This document shows positions 11,253-22,081 of a stretch of DNA of 64,000 nt, in pieces. The notes beneath the pieces were generated by a model. The model made no database searches. It was not told where the DNA came from and saw only the letters and a list, made by a program, of their open reading frames with translations. The position numbers and the translations under genes were made by a program. Within the stretch, counting starts at the first letter, position 1; every line of letters begins with the position of its first letter. Source of the DNA: Verrucomicrobiales bacterium (lineage in GTDB: Bacteria; Verrucomicrobiota; Verrucomicrobiia; Verrucomicrobiales; V1-33); the NCBI GenBank assembly GCA_031411295.1, contig JANOAV010000038.1, forward strand, positions 32,001 to 96,000, written 5' to 3'.

Positions 11253-13325
11253 ATGCGCCTGCACCATCTAGCTCTCTTGAAACTTACGACCCTGATCTGT
11301 CTGGGCAGCGGTGGACTGAATGCTCGTGAGTTGACGCTGCTGCCTACCGCTGAGATCATCGCTAACCCGGAGCGGGGTTTCTATTCAGCCTCGGGTTTGG
11401 ATACTGGAACGCTCCAGACGAATGCGGCGGCGGGCATTCGTCTGTGCATCCATGAAATCATCCTCCAGGAGTTTCTCACCGTCCCAATTACGCCGGATAA
11501 GCTGGAGGCGATTCGGCAGGATTTCTTAAGGGTGCGGCAGGCCGGGCTGAAGTGTGTGGTGCGAGTGGCCTACAACGACGACGCGAACCTTCTAGATGCA
11601 CCATTGTCGATCGTGCAAATGCATCTGGCGCAGCTGAAACCAATCTTTGCCGAGTTCGATAGTGTGATTGCCTTTTACCAGGCAGGCATCATTGGCTCCT
11701 GGGGCGAGTGGCATGGATCGACAAATCTAACGACGGCGGCAGCTCGTCAGGCGGTGGTGACAGCGTTGTTGGCTACGTTACCGGCAGGCCGCTTCATTCA
11801 AGTGAGGACCCCGGATTTCGTCAATGAACTCAACCAGGGCGCAATCCCATTGACCGCCGTTACGGCATTTCAGAATACCCAGCGCGCCCGCTTGGGGCAC
11901 CACAATGATTGCTGGAGAGCCAGCGCTACGGACTTCGGCACCTATTCCTCAGATGCGGTGGTTCAGGAAATCGCGAAAGCCTTCATCGCCAGTCAGACGA
12001 AATTTCTACCATGGGGAGGGGAGACGTGTGACTTGGCCCCACCCTACTCGGACGCTGCGCCCAGCTTGGCGGAGGCGGCCCGTTTCCATGCGACCTATCT
12101 CAACAAAGACTATCACCCAGATGTGCTCGAGGCTTGGGAGGGAGATGGAACAATGAATGAGCTGCGCAGACAGTTGGGATATCGCTTTGAGTTGCAGAAC
12201 GCCACGCTGCCGGACAATCTCGGGATCGGGACTTCCTATCCCTATCAAATCAAACTTCGCAACCGCGGTTGGGCTCCAGTTTACAATGCGCGTCCGGTAT
12301 TCCTGCGGGTCATGGCAGGGGATCAGGTCATGTTTGATCTACCGATTCCGAACGCCGACCCCCGTTTTTGGACTCCCGAGGCCGGGGAAATCGTGCTGCA
12401 GGGGGCGTTTGTGGCCCCGGTCAATGTGGCTGCGAACACACTGGGTTTCGCGTTTTGGCTGCCCGATGCTGATGAATCGTTGCGAGCCCGGCCAGAGTAT
12501 TCCATCCGTTGTGCTAACGACTCCGTGTGGTCGGCAGATCAAGGACACAATAGCTTGTTCGCAGGAGGTCGCACCCTCGCCAATAAAGTTCGCGTGGATG
12601 GTAACTTTGCCGACTGGGCGGGCCGCACCTTTACAGCAGACCCAGTTGGGGATCACTCGACTGCGATAACAGACTACATTGAGGCCAGTGTTGCGAGCGA
12701 CCGTGATCGTCTCTACCTCAGGCTCAAATTTCAGCAACCCGTTAACTGGGCCGCCAACTCGCACAACAACCTGTATGTGGACACCGACAATAACTCGTCC
12801 ACGGGCTATCAGGACTCGGGGTTCGGGTCTGACCTGCTGATTCAGAGCGGGATCGGTTATCGTCAGGTGGCGGGGGTTTTTAACCATGGTTTGATCACCG
12901 GCTTGGACTTTCGGATCGCTCCAGCGGGGATCGCCAGCGAGATTGAAATGTCCGTATCACGCGACGCCATGTTTGCAGGACAACCAATCTTTGCCCGCAC
13001 CGGCAGCATCGCATTGCTGCTGACAAGTGAGAGCAACAACTATGTCACTCGTGAGCGACTGCCGGATGCACCAGGTAAATGGATTCACTCATGGCCCTTG
13101 GCTGGCCGCACGCTGGCCAGTAACTGGAGTTCAGCCCAAGGGTTCTCGATAACTGGTGGTGGCAGCGCCAATACCTTTTACCAAGTCTCGTGGAGTAATA
13201 CCCTCAACGGAGATTGGAAACCCGCTGCCCTCTCCTTAACCGACGCTCAGAACCAATCTTATTTCCTGGATCCTGCAGCAGCCACGGTGCCTCGCAGGTT
13301 CTATCGCATCTCTGAAGCGCCTTGA
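11253..13325 (+). CDS. Secreted DUF4874/DUF4832 protein (glycoside-hydrolase-like)
   Basis: NPERGFY, QAGIIGSWGEWH, RLGHHNDC, GGETC, LGYRF and NRGWAPVYNARP motifs; VDGNFADW accessory domain; C-terminal RRFYRI module. Confidence 0.8.
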   Translation: MRLHHLALLKLTTLICLGSGGLNARELTLLPTAEIIANPERGFYSASGLDTGTLQTNAAAGIRLCIHEIILQEFLTVPITPDKLEAIRQDFLRVRQAGLKCVVRVAYNDDANLLDAPLSIVQMHLAQLKPIFAEFDSVIAFYQAGIIGSWGEWHGSTNLTTAAARQAVVTALLATLPAGRFIQVRTPDFVNELNQGAIPLTAVTAFQNTQRARLGHHNDCWRASATDFGTYSSDAVVQEIAKAFIASQTKFLPWGGETCDLAPPYSDAAPSLAEAARFHATYLNKDYHPDVLEAWEGDGTMNELRRQLGYRFELQNATLPDNLGIGTSYPYQIKLRNRGWAPVYNARPVFLRVMAGDQVMFDLPIPNADPRFWTPEAGEIVLQGAFVAPVNVAANTLGFAFWLPDADESLRARPEYSIRCANDSVWSADQGHNSLFAGGRTLANKVRVDGNFADWAGRTFTADPVGDHSTAITDYIEASVASDRDRLYLRLKFQQPVNWAANSHNNLYVDTDNNSSTGYQDSGFGSDLLIQSGIGYRQVAGVFNHGLITGLDFRIAPAGIASEIEMSVSRDAMFAGQPIFARTGSIALLLTSESNNYVTRERLPDAPGKWIHSWPLAGRTLASNWSSAQGFSITGGGSANTFYQVSWSNTLNGDWKPAALSLTDAQNQSYFLDPAAATVPRRFYRISEAP

Positions 13326-13339
13326 GCGCCTGCGGCAGT

Positions 13340-15877
13340 TCAAGGCCGCACCAGACGCAGGCGGATGAACCTGCGGAGGCCGCTGCTGAGCGGGATGTTA
13401 TCGCGCGCTTGTAGCCAAGTTGGCGTGTCTTGGAGAATGGTCGTTTCTAGATCGCTCCAGTCGGTGAGATCACTGCCGACTTCTATGATGTAGTTTACAT
13501 CGGTGGCGGCGGGATTGCGCTGCACATCGAGGGTAAGGTAGTCTGGGGAGCCGATCAGGCCTGGCAGGCCGTTGAGAGATGGGATCAGGGGTTCCAGACC
13601 CAGCGCGTATTCAGTTAGATTATCACAGCCATCGAAATCGGGATCAGCATTATCTCCGCGGATGAGGTCGTTGTTCGCATCGGGGCCAAATTTATCCAAC
13701 TGCCAGAGTGCGATGGGTGGACTTCCTTCCGGGGTGTCTAGGATCGTCACGCTGCCGCTTGATAACACCCCAAGACGATATTCAACGTTGGGATTGCCAG
13801 TCAAGGTGATGGTCTCTGCGCCTTGTCGCAGGCTGTCTGGCTGCGGCGTGACATTAATCGTCTGGCCGGAAGCTCCGGCGGGAATGGTGACTGGCACCGT
13901 GATGGGTGCATAGCGCGAACCTGCGGCAGTCCCGCCGAGCGTAGCCTGGACGCTGAGTGGATTGATGGTGGGACCACTGCGCGTTATGCTGAATTGTCCG
14001 GCCACTGGACCGTATTCTGCGGCGGTCGGCTGCGGAGTGCTAACCGTAATCAGCGGACCTTTATCGATGCTAAAATAATCATCCACCGTTCCGGTGCTGG
14101 TGATGAACTTGGCATCGAGCCGATTCCCGTCAATATCCAAGACCAGTGACCCTAACCGCAGCTCTGAATGATGCATGACGGGATGCGGGTGTGGGTTAAA
14201 TTTCACCGTGCTGTTGTCCGTCCAATACGTTGCTTGGCCGGAACTTCCGGCAACGACATAGACCACGCCCGCATGCGGCCCGTAGTCTTTACCGTAACCA
14301 CCGTCTCCATCTCGTTTCCCGTCGCCTGCATCCTTGAAGGTTCCGCTGGTGGCGAGTGTGGGAGTGGCATAGAAGCCTTCGATTAAACGAGATCGCTCGT
14401 AGCAATGACTGTGGCCGCAGAGCACGAGATCCACTCCTGCGTCATCCATTATTGGAACCAGAGTCTGGCGCGCCCAGGTGGGTTGGGATTCGACATCGGA
14501 ATCATGGCTTCCCTTCGTATAGGGCGGGTGATGCCAAATGGCGATGGTCCAGCGTCGGGTATTCGCAGCCAGATCATTGTTCAACCATGTGAGCATGTTG
14601 CTGCGCAGGGTGGCATTATTGGTCTGCACGTCCAGGCTGATGAAATGCACATTTCCGAAATCCCACGAGAAATAGCGCTCCGTGCCGGAGGCATAGCCGC
14701 CACATTCAGCAGCGGTGGGGAAAGTGAAAATATCGAAGTAGGGCACTCCGGAATAACTGCCAGTCCTAACTTGGTCCGTCTCGTGATTCCCCAGGCAGGA
14801 CCAAACGGGGCTTTGCTGCAGCACCGCCGGATAGGTATCAAAGAGCGCGCTTTGGTATTCGGAATCAGTGCCCGCGTTGTAAGCGTTATCCCCTAGCAGC
14901 AAAATCATGTCGTTGAACTTGTAAGTGCTGCTCAGATAGTAAGCATCGCGCACGGCTCGCTGACCGGTGTTGGCGGTGCCTGAATCTCCCAGTGCCCAGA
15001 GGCGCATGGGGCGGTCAGTGCCTGGAATCGGAGCCGTCCTGAAATAATGCTCCGCATCCTCACCCACCATCGTCTTGGTGGTGGATCCGATGGAGTAGAA
15101 ATATTTCGTGTCAGGCTGGAGTCCTGTCATCCGCACTTCATGCTCCATGGTGACAGTCGCGTCTCTGGTAATGCTAGTCAGCGCCCCCAGAGCCGTGCCG
15201 ATGCGGACCACGCTGTCAGAGTCTGTGCTGGTCCGCCAACGCAGCGTCATGCCGGAGTCTGTATTCATCAGTAAATAAGGCCCCCGCGTCACCTCGGAAA
15301 GCCCCGCCAACTGAAGGTCGAAAGCGATGTCCGAACTCGCAGCAGAGGACTGATGAATCTCGACCGCGATGGTGTTCAAGCCAGTGACAAAGGTGCTGGT
15401 TGGCAACGCCCAAGACTTGCTGGCATTGTCTGCGCTGGCGGAAGTGGCGAACGTATCGAAGGCCGCGGCCGCAGGAAGATTCGCGGTTCGCGCAGCTTCC
15501 ACGCCATTGATGAACACCGCTGCGGAGTCATCATACGTCAGCGTGAGCCGAATCGCGTTGAACTGACTGGGATCGATTAGGTTCACCGTTGCACGGAAAT
15601 AAGTCGTCGCGTTTTTCTGCGTGCCAGCCGCAACGGGATCGGTGTCGATGTAACCAACCACGGTTGTTTCGGTTCCGCCGCCATAGCCCAGTTGAGCAGG
15701 ACCCGAGGCCCACGCGGTGTCATCAAACGCTGGAGCCCGCCAGGCGATGCCCTGATCGCTGCCGTCATCCAGATAACGCCACGTGGAGCCACTGGGAAGG
15801 AGTGTGGTCGTTTGCGCCTGCAACTTGGCACTCAGGCTCAGACAAGCGTAGAGCAGCATAAACGGAATGAATTTCAT
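13340..15877 (-). CDS. Secreted purple acid phosphatase-type metallophosphoesterase
   Basis: All five PAP motifs present: GDSG, GDNAY, GNHE, IWHH, GHSH. Also an N-terminal beta-sandwich module, an FN3-like PAP N-domain, a Calx-like domain and the C-terminal module. Confidence 0.9.
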   Translation of the reverse strand: MKFIPFMLLYACLSLSAKLQAQTTTLLPSGSTWRYLDDGSDQGIAWRAPAFDDTAWASGPAQLGYGGGTETTVVGYIDTDPVAAGTQKNATTYFRATVNLIDPSQFNAIRLTLTYDDSAAVFINGVEAARTANLPAAAAFDTFATSASADNASKSWALPTSTFVTGLNTIAVEIHQSSAASSDIAFDLQLAGLSEVTRGPYLLMNTDSGMTLRWRTSTDSDSVVRIGTALGALTSITRDATVTMEHEVRMTGLQPDTKYFYSIGSTTKTMVGEDAEHYFRTAPIPGTDRPMRLWALGDSGTANTGQRAVRDAYYLSSTYKFNDMILLLGDNAYNAGTDSEYQSALFDTYPAVLQQSPVWSCLGNHETDQVRTGSYSGVPYFDIFTFPTAAECGGYASGTERYFSWDFGNVHFISLDVQTNNATLRSNMLTWLNNDLAANTRRWTIAIWHHPPYTKGSHDSDVESQPTWARQTLVPIMDDAGVDLVLCGHSHCYERSRLIEGFYATPTLATSGTFKDAGDGKRDGDGGYGKDYGPHAGVVYVVAGSSGQATYWTDNSTVKFNPHPHPVMHHSELRLGSLVLDIDGNRLDAKFITSTGTVDDYFSIDKGPLITVSTPQPTAAEYGPVAGQFSITRSGPTINPLSVQATLGGTAAGSRYAPITVPVTIPAGASGQTINVTPQPDSLRQGAETITLTGNPNVEYRLGVLSSGSVTILDTPEGSPPIALWQLDKFGPDANNDLIRGDNADPDFDGCDNLTEYALGLEPLIPSLNGLPGLIGSPDYLTLDVQRNPAATDVNYIIEVGSDLTDWSDLETTILQDTPTWLQARDNIPLSSGLRRFIRLRLVRP

Positions 15878-16698
15878 GGAGCTTTGGTGCGGACAGCATT
15901 GCGTGCGGTTTCGATTTGTTTCGCCAGGGCGAGGTTGGCTTTGGTTTCCCGCTTATGCCCCGGAAGCTTGGCAAAGGCCGTGGCGGCTTCATCCCAAGCG
16001 GTGCGCGCCTCATCCAAGCGGCTGCATTTTTCCAGCAAGCAGGCTTTGCGCACGAGCCAAATGTCCGGCCGAGGCTCGCGCGCGATAAAGTCATTTAGCC
16101 GAACCAATGCCCCTTCGGTTAGCCCTGCACGCTCCTGAATTTCCAAAGCCTGCTGCTCCAGCACCGGCACGCGTCCATGGGCTTTACTGGCTGCATCCAG
16201 GCTCCGCACAGCCTCGGCCGCCTGACCATGACGCACCAGCAATTGCGCATGCTCAGTAGCATACTGGGGCTCAGGCGAAGCGGCTATCGCTGCGCGCAGA
16301 TCCACTTCCGCTTTCCTCCACTCGCCTTTCTTTTCGAGTAATCCAGCTCGCAACACACGGCCAACTGCGTGGTCAGGATTCCTTTCCAGAAACAAGTCCA
16401 ACAACTGGAACGCATCCTTCTCGCGACCCTGCGCAAGCCTCACCCGAGCCAAACTCAAGTTTACGATCTCCATGCTAGGCTGGAGTTTGCGGGCTTGAAG
16501 AAAGTCCGCTTCCGCGGCACCCAGATCTCCATGGGCGAGTTGCAACTCCGCCCGCCGAAAGAACAACGCCGCATCACCCGGCGTTTCCGCAATGAGCGCT
16601 GACACCGCTGCAATGGCTTCATGTGAGTCACCATGGGCTTGCACGCTCATTGGCAGCGCCCAGATGGCGGCTGAAATTAGCAGATGAAATCGTTTCAT
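15874..16698 (-). CDS. Secreted TPR-repeat protein
   Basis: Signal peptide ending VQA-HG; helical TPR pattern; ATGA overlap with the phosphatase gene. Confidence 0.8.
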   Translation of the reverse strand: MKRFHLLISAAIWALPMSVQAHGDSHEAIAAVSALIAETPGDAALFFRRAELQLAHGDLGAAEADFLQARKLQPSMEIVNLSLARVRLAQGREKDAFQLLDLFLERNPDHAVGRVLRAGLLEKKGEWRKAEVDLRAAIAASPEPQYATEHAQLLVRHGQAAEAVRSLDAASKAHGRVPVLEQQALEIQERAGLTEGALVRLNDFIAREPRPDIWLVRKACLLEKCSRLDEARTAWDEAATAFAKLPGHKRETKANLALAKQIETARNAVRTKAP

Positions 16699-16746
16699 GG
16701 AGTGGATTAATTAATGGGTCAGGGGCGTGCCTATTCCGGGTTCGAT

Positions 16747-19700
16747 TCACGGTTTCTGCGAGACCCCAAGCCTGTAGAAACGATGCACCTGGCTGGAGGC
16801 AGGCTCCACATAGGTGCGCGTTTGTTTGCCTGCTGTCAGGGAGATGGGGGGCGCGTCCACGCGGGTCCAAGCCGCCAAATCAGAGGAAGCCTCCAGGAAA
16901 TAGTCCACGTCTGGCATCAGCATATTCACTTCAAATGTGGCCACAAATTCCCCCGAGCCGAGCGAGTAGGTCAGTGGAAGCATGCGCGTGCTCAAATTTG
17001 GATCCGTGCCCAGTGCATACTCCATCAAGTTAGTGTAACCGTCACTATCTGAATCCGCTAGCATTCCCGCCACGCTGTGGGCCGTGGCCCAGTCTGCGAA
17101 GCGATTCCCCGGTGCCGCCGTGCCGGGCGAGGCATTTGCGGCCATCCAGTTGATGTAGTCATTGCCGTAGTCCTTTTCGGAAAGTTTCGTCAGTGACGGA
17201 CCGTCGCCATCCGGTGTCGTGGGCCATGGCGCAGCATCCTCGAAATTCACCCGATCCTGCCGCACGTATTGCAGCACGTTCAAGGCATCCACTGCGCCTG
17301 GACGATCCAGTTGCAGCGACTCTCCACCGTTGGCCAATCCTCCCGTCAGCCATTCGTAAACTCTGGTTCCCGCAGGCGCCAGCGCGCCATAAGCCGTCGT
17401 GAATTGAGGGATATTCTTGGTCAGGATGATGCGCTCGCCTGGGAGCATTGTGACCGGAGTGACTGAGGGGAATTCGAAATCAATGCCATCGCTCAAGCGC
17501 CAAGCCTTGGCCTTTACGCTGTCAAAGAGAGTGACGGAGGCATTGCTGACGTTGAGCAGTTCGATATACTCGGAGTCTCCGTTGCCAGCAGGATGATACA
17601 TGACCTCGGAAATCACGATCGGCCCCACGCGCGGCCCGCTGTTGGTGGCATTGGGTGTCGGGCTGGCCATGGCCACGAAGTTGTAGGAGTCGCTACTAGG
17701 TTTGTAGTAGGCTCCCAGCGATTCGCCTTCCGTGCTGGGGCCGAAGTCTTCCTTGGACTGGTAATCAGTGAGTTGATCATTGGCAGCGGAACTGAGATAG
17801 ACCGTCTCACCCACATCGCTCAGGGCGAAAGGAGTTACTTTGTTTACGTCCACGCTGGTGGCTCCGAAGTTGGTGCTCTCATAAAATGTCACGAACCCAT
17901 CAGCAGGAATCACCGTGCCAACGGGGATGCGATAACGCAGCAGGTCAGAACCACTATCACTGAGGAACCACCCGCCGATGTTCATGGGATTGCCCGTGCG
18001 GTTGTGCAGCTCGATCCAATCGCTGGCGGCCCCGGAGTTGGACAGCACTTCATTGATCACCACCGTTTCCCCGATGGTGTAGGGATAATGACCCACGTTA
18101 TAAACATACTGGGCCCCACGATCCACCACCGTCGCATCCGGGTCCAGGGCATGAGCAGGATCGCCCGAATTGATCACTGGGGATTCAGGACGCACTTGGA
18201 AATTCAGCGTCACAGGATCAATGAACATTGGATCCGCCAGCATGTTTTCCGTCCCATCAATGGCCAAGTTATCGCTGAGGCAATACGCCGTGCTGACAGT
18301 CGAGAATCCATCCACCGTTACTGGCGGAGTGATGGACTTGGAAATGATGGTGTTGGTGATCACAGCAGAGCCGCCCCCATCACCAAAGTTCTTTTCATAG
18401 ATGGCAACACCCGTGCCACAGGAGGCGAAGGTGTTCTGATCAATCGTCGCGAACGAGCCTGTATCCTTGATGCCAACCCCAAGCACGCATCCCACCACCA
18501 AGTTTTTGCGAATGATAACAGTGGACCCCTGACCGACGGAGAAGCCTTTGTCAGAGTTGTAGTAGATCAGATTCCCCTGAATTAATACATTCGTGCAGGC
18601 TTCACCAATGTCGATCCCATCGCTGTTGGAGCCTTGGAAACGATAGATGTGGCAGTCTTCAATGAGTCCATTCGTCACGCCGTCGTAGTCGATGGCATCC
18701 GTGTCGGGCGCATTATTGCCGGGGAAAATACAGCGCTGGGTGGTGGCCAGGCCCTGCTTCACATTGATGCAGTCGCCCGTGTAGGGATTGTAAAGTCGGC
18801 TGTCGCGCAAGGTGGTATTGCCGCCGCGCGCAAACACTGGACCTTCCGAATCAGCAACATCAATGTAATCCAGAATCAGCGTGGCATTGAGCCCGGAGAT
18901 GGCCGAAGGATACTTCGTGGCATCGAATCCCTTGGTGGCTTGGCGAATGAACACGTGATTCAGATGGGAGGGGCCGCTGGGATTTTCAAAACTGATGCCG
19001 CCCCACCGTTCGCCATTTCTTCCCACGATGGAGACCGGCTGCGCAGTCGTTCCATCAATGTTCAGCACGCCCTGCACGCGAATGTTGCGGAGTGCTGTCA
19101 TCCGAATTTCCACGCCTGCTGGAACAGTCAGCGTGATGCCGCTTGGGATGATGAGATCCCCACTCAGCACGTATGGCGAAGCCGCTGCGCTCAGCGTAGT
19201 GTTGCTGGCCAGAGTTCCTCCAATCACAGTCTCCGTGGCAGGAACAAAATTTGCGGTAATGGTCTTCGCAGCCGTAATCGTGACACTGATGCTGTCCCCC
19301 CCGGTGGCTCCAGTCCAACCGCTGAAAGCATAGCCCGGGGCGGGCTGCGCCTTGAGCGTGAACGGAACATTGGGGAACATTTTGAACGTCGAGGGATCGA
19401 CCGGGACCCCCTGCACCAACACCTTGCCTTGTTCAGTATTGTTGACTGCGAGGGTGAAATTGACCGCAGTGCCCACGCCAAGCTGCGTGGTGGCTTCGCC
19501 ATAGAAATTTGCCGTCCGTTGCACCGCATAATCTTTGATGTTTTGAATATTGCTCGCCCGGGTGGCAACGGTGGTCCCATTGGGTGCCCAACGTGTGACA
19601 TGGCGTGGAATTTCGGCTGCGATCTCCGTGTCCATGGCCGAAATGATGGCATCCACCCGGGAGGCTTTAAATGTCCCCGCCACGTGTGCGGCATAACGCT

Positions 19701-21993
19701 GAGCCAGGCGACCTTTGAATGGAACGTTAAGCTTCAGACGTTTCAGCACGTCCTCGCTCGTGAGCATGTCCGCCAACACACCTGTCAGACTGCTGGTCGA
19801 GAAGGTCCGGTCCATGTCGGTCAGAAACCAGCGCCAGCGGGCTCCGGGCTGTTTCGCTTTCCAGAATTCGCGGTTGTGCAACCAACTGATATTATTGCCG
19901 TAAGATTCAGAAATCACAAAATCCATGAAGCTCTCCACATCGATCTTCGATTCCACGTAGTCCCAATTTGCCTGCACCGTGAGGTCCGCCGTATTGATGA
20001 AATTCATCAGGTCCAGCCAGTCTTTGTTATCTCCCTTGTCCACCCCCAAAGTGACAGCAGCGCTGCTGATGTGGCCATAGAGCAAGTGATCAATTTTGTC
20101 TGACGGCAAATGGAATTGCTGTGCGAACCACATGTCATCCCAACGCTGGCGGATATCGTGCACGCCGAAGTAGGCTCCGTTGATAAACACCACGCTGGGC
20201 CGGTAATCCGCAGTGTCCACATTCAGGAAACCATGCGCCAGCTTGGGATAGAGCGCATCCCGCAGCATATCCCTATCCCAATTGTCCCCGCCATCCCGCA
20301 GGGTGAAGGCACTGTGCAGCGGGATCTGCGTCCCTGGAAACAAATCGTATTTGATTTCCGTCTCACCATAACTGCCGCGCATGGCCAAGTTCAGCGCCTT
20401 CTGCGGGTGCACCCAGTTATTCTCACCACCGATGCGGATGCCGCAATTGGCCCTAAAACCACCGCCGCCGGGCGCGAAGAATTCCACATGTCCGGGTGCA
20501 TCCTTGCCTTTGTAAACGTCGTTTAATCCGTAGCTGCCAGTCACGCTTTCATGCTGGTTGGCATAGATTCCGATGGTATTGCCAAACATGGTCACTGGAT
20601 CTGCCACCACGGAAATGTAAGGAACGGTTCCCTGCGTTTCCCCACGGAAATACGTCCGCGTGAGGATCGGACCCGGAGTGCGTCCGGCCTCGAAACAACG
20701 TGCCCGCAGCACGGTTGTGGCTGTGATGCTGATGGGGCCGGAGTAGAGCGGGGAGGTGCTCTTGGGGTTGCTGCCATCAAGCGTGTAGCGAATCTGCCCG
20801 CCAGCACTGGAGAGGCTCACTGTTTGATTCGCGGCATAGATTCCGCCCGCCAGCGAGGCCGTCACCTCGCGGCCATCCACCCGCACGTCATCCACGCCCG
20901 CCGTGGTATTGTCCGCGCCCGGTGTGGGTTCGGCAAATTGCTTCCACACCGTGGGGTTCGTCGCATCCCGTCCATAAGAAACATCAGTGACCTGGGTGGT
21001 GAAATCCACCGTATCCACCGTGGTGGCGGAAGTGTGGGAATAACCCACCAAACTGAGATCCATGTCCAAGTCCACGCTGGTCACCACGCCTTGGTGAACT
21101 TCCACCGCCAACACATTCTCTCCAGCCACCAAGGATGAACTGGGAACGTAGTAGGGATTATAAACAGTAGGCGCACCACTCAATGGTAATGCGGCGGGAG
21201 TGCGATATCCGATGTCTCCGGTCGGCATGTTATAGCGGGCAATTTCACTCCCATTCAGATAAACTACGGCCCCGTCATCAATCAGGATTTTCAGCAACAG
21301 GCTGTGGTAAACCGAAGGATCAGCGACGTTGAACGCATGGCGAAAATAGGTCGTGATGTAGCGATTATTATTCACTGGCCCCCAGCCAACGGTTGTCGCT
21401 GGCGAATTGCCGTAGCCTAATTTTGCGGGTCCAGCCGCCCAGGCAGTGTCATCGAAAATGCGGGCTCGCCACTGCGTGCTTTGATCTGATCCATTGTCCA
21501 AATATTTCCACACGGCCACCGTCTGCGGGGCCACCGGAACCGGGTTGGACGCATTTACCAACGGCACGGTGACAATGCCCGTGGCCTGCGTTAATACCAC
21601 GGATTCGCCATCCGCACTGAGTCCGAAGTTCGTGTGATATCTCTCCGTGACAAAACTTTTCCAAGGCCAGTAACCCCGGGGAAACGTCTGCCCGGGAGCC
21701 GCATCATGACTATCCGCCATGAACAGCAAATGCCCGCCCGCAGGGATGGTAGCGGTGGACGGAATGGCCCACTTGTAGGGATTGGAAGGATCGTCACTCA
21801 GGAAATAGCCGTCCAGACTGGCCGTAGTGGCACCGGCATTTTTCAATTCAATCCAATCCGGATAATCTTCAAAATCCGTAATGTCCGGAAAACAGCGGGC
21901 ATTTGAAGCCACAATTTCATTGATCTGAACTTGCGCTGCGGCCACGGTGAGCCCGCAGCAGAGGCTGCAGGCGAGAGTTAGGATTTTATTCAT
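16747..21993 (-). CDS. Secreted CotH-family protein with lamin-tail domains, Fn3-associated domain and beta-helix
   Basis: Start MNKILTLACS at 21993. LTD motifs INEIVASN/DWIELKN, INEVLSN and ISEVMYHP; IRYTLDGSNP; CotH core GIRIGG...VFINGAYFGV...WRWFLTDMD; beta-helix DTDAIDYD/DKGFSVG; C-terminal module. Confidence 0.88.
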   Translation of the reverse strand: MNKILTLACSLCCGLTVAAAQVQINEIVASNARCFPDITDFEDYPDWIELKNAGATTASLDGYFLSDDPSNPYKWAIPSTATIPAGGHLLFMADSHDAAPGQTFPRGYWPWKSFVTERYHTNFGLSADGESVVLTQATGIVTVPLVNASNPVPVAPQTVAVWKYLDNGSDQSTQWRARIFDDTAWAAGPAKLGYGNSPATTVGWGPVNNNRYITTYFRHAFNVADPSVYHSLLLKILIDDGAVVYLNGSEIARYNMPTGDIGYRTPAALPLSGAPTVYNPYYVPSSSLVAGENVLAVEVHQGVVTSVDLDMDLSLVGYSHTSATTVDTVDFTTQVTDVSYGRDATNPTVWKQFAEPTPGADNTTAGVDDVRVDGREVTASLAGGIYAANQTVSLSSAGGQIRYTLDGSNPKSTSPLYSGPISITATTVLRARCFEAGRTPGPILTRTYFRGETQGTVPYISVVADPVTMFGNTIGIYANQHESVTGSYGLNDVYKGKDAPGHVEFFAPGGGGFRANCGIRIGGENNWVHPQKALNLAMRGSYGETEIKYDLFPGTQIPLHSAFTLRDGGDNWDRDMLRDALYPKLAHGFLNVDTADYRPSVVFINGAYFGVHDIRQRWDDMWFAQQFHLPSDKIDHLLYGHISSAAVTLGVDKGDNKDWLDLMNFINTADLTVQANWDYVESKIDVESFMDFVISESYGNNISWLHNREFWKAKQPGARWRWFLTDMDRTFSTSSLTGVLADMLTSEDVLKRLKLNVPFKGRLAQRYAAHVAGTFKASRVDAIISAMDTEIAAEIPRHVTRWAPNGTTVATRASNIQNIKDYAVQRTANFYGEATTQLGVGTAVNFTLAVNNTEQGKVLVQGVPVDPSTFKMFPNVPFTLKAQPAPGYAFSGWTGATGGDSISVTITAAKTITANFVPATETVIGGTLASNTTLSAAASPYVLSGDLIIPSGITLTVPAGVEIRMTALRNIRVQGVLNIDGTTAQPVSIVGRNGERWGGISFENPSGPSHLNHVFIRQATKGFDATKYPSAISGLNATLILDYIDVADSEGPVFARGGNTTLRDSRLYNPYTGDCINVKQGLATTQRCIFPGNNAPDTDAIDYDGVTNGLIEDCHIYRFQGSNSDGIDIGEACTNVLIQGNLIYYNSDKGFSVGQGSTVIIRKNLVVGCVLGVGIKDTGSFATIDQNTFASCGTGVAIYEKNFGDGGGSAVITNTIISKSITPPVTVDGFSTVSTAYCLSDNLAIDGTENMLADPMFIDPVTLNFQVRPESPVINSGDPAHALDPDATVVDRGAQYVYNVGHYPYTIGETVVINEVLSNSGAASDWIELHNRTGNPMNIGGWFLSDSGSDLLRYRIPVGTVIPADGFVTFYESTNFGATSVDVNKVTPFALSDVGETVYLSSAANDQLTDYQSKEDFGPSTEGESLGAYYKPSSDSYNFVAMASPTPNATNSGPRVGPIVISEVMYHPAGNGDSEYIELLNVSNASVTLFDSVKAKAWRLSDGIDFEFPSVTPVTMLPGERIILTKNIPQFTTAYGALAPAGTRVYEWLTGGLANGGESLQLDRPGAVDALNVLQYVRQDRVNFEDAAPWPTTPDGDGPSLTKLSEKDYGNDYINWMAANASPGTAAPGNRFADWATAHSVAGMLADSDSDGYTNLMEYALGTDPNLSTRMLPLTYSLGSGEFVATFEVNMLMPDVDYFLEASSDLAAWTRVDAPPISLTAGKQTRTYVEPASSQVHRFYRLGVSQKP

Positions 21994-22081
21994 AGTAAGG
22001 AGGGACGCATCTCCGAACTGCTGGGGGAGCTTTGGTCGAAATTGCTGGTTTGGGATGGAATTGGGGGGGGGGGGCGTGACA

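Noticed and set aside
17593..21138. Long + strand ORFs (330, 489 and 195 aa)
   Set aside because: Antisense to the CotH gene with no recognisable motifs; expected in GC-rich coding DNA.
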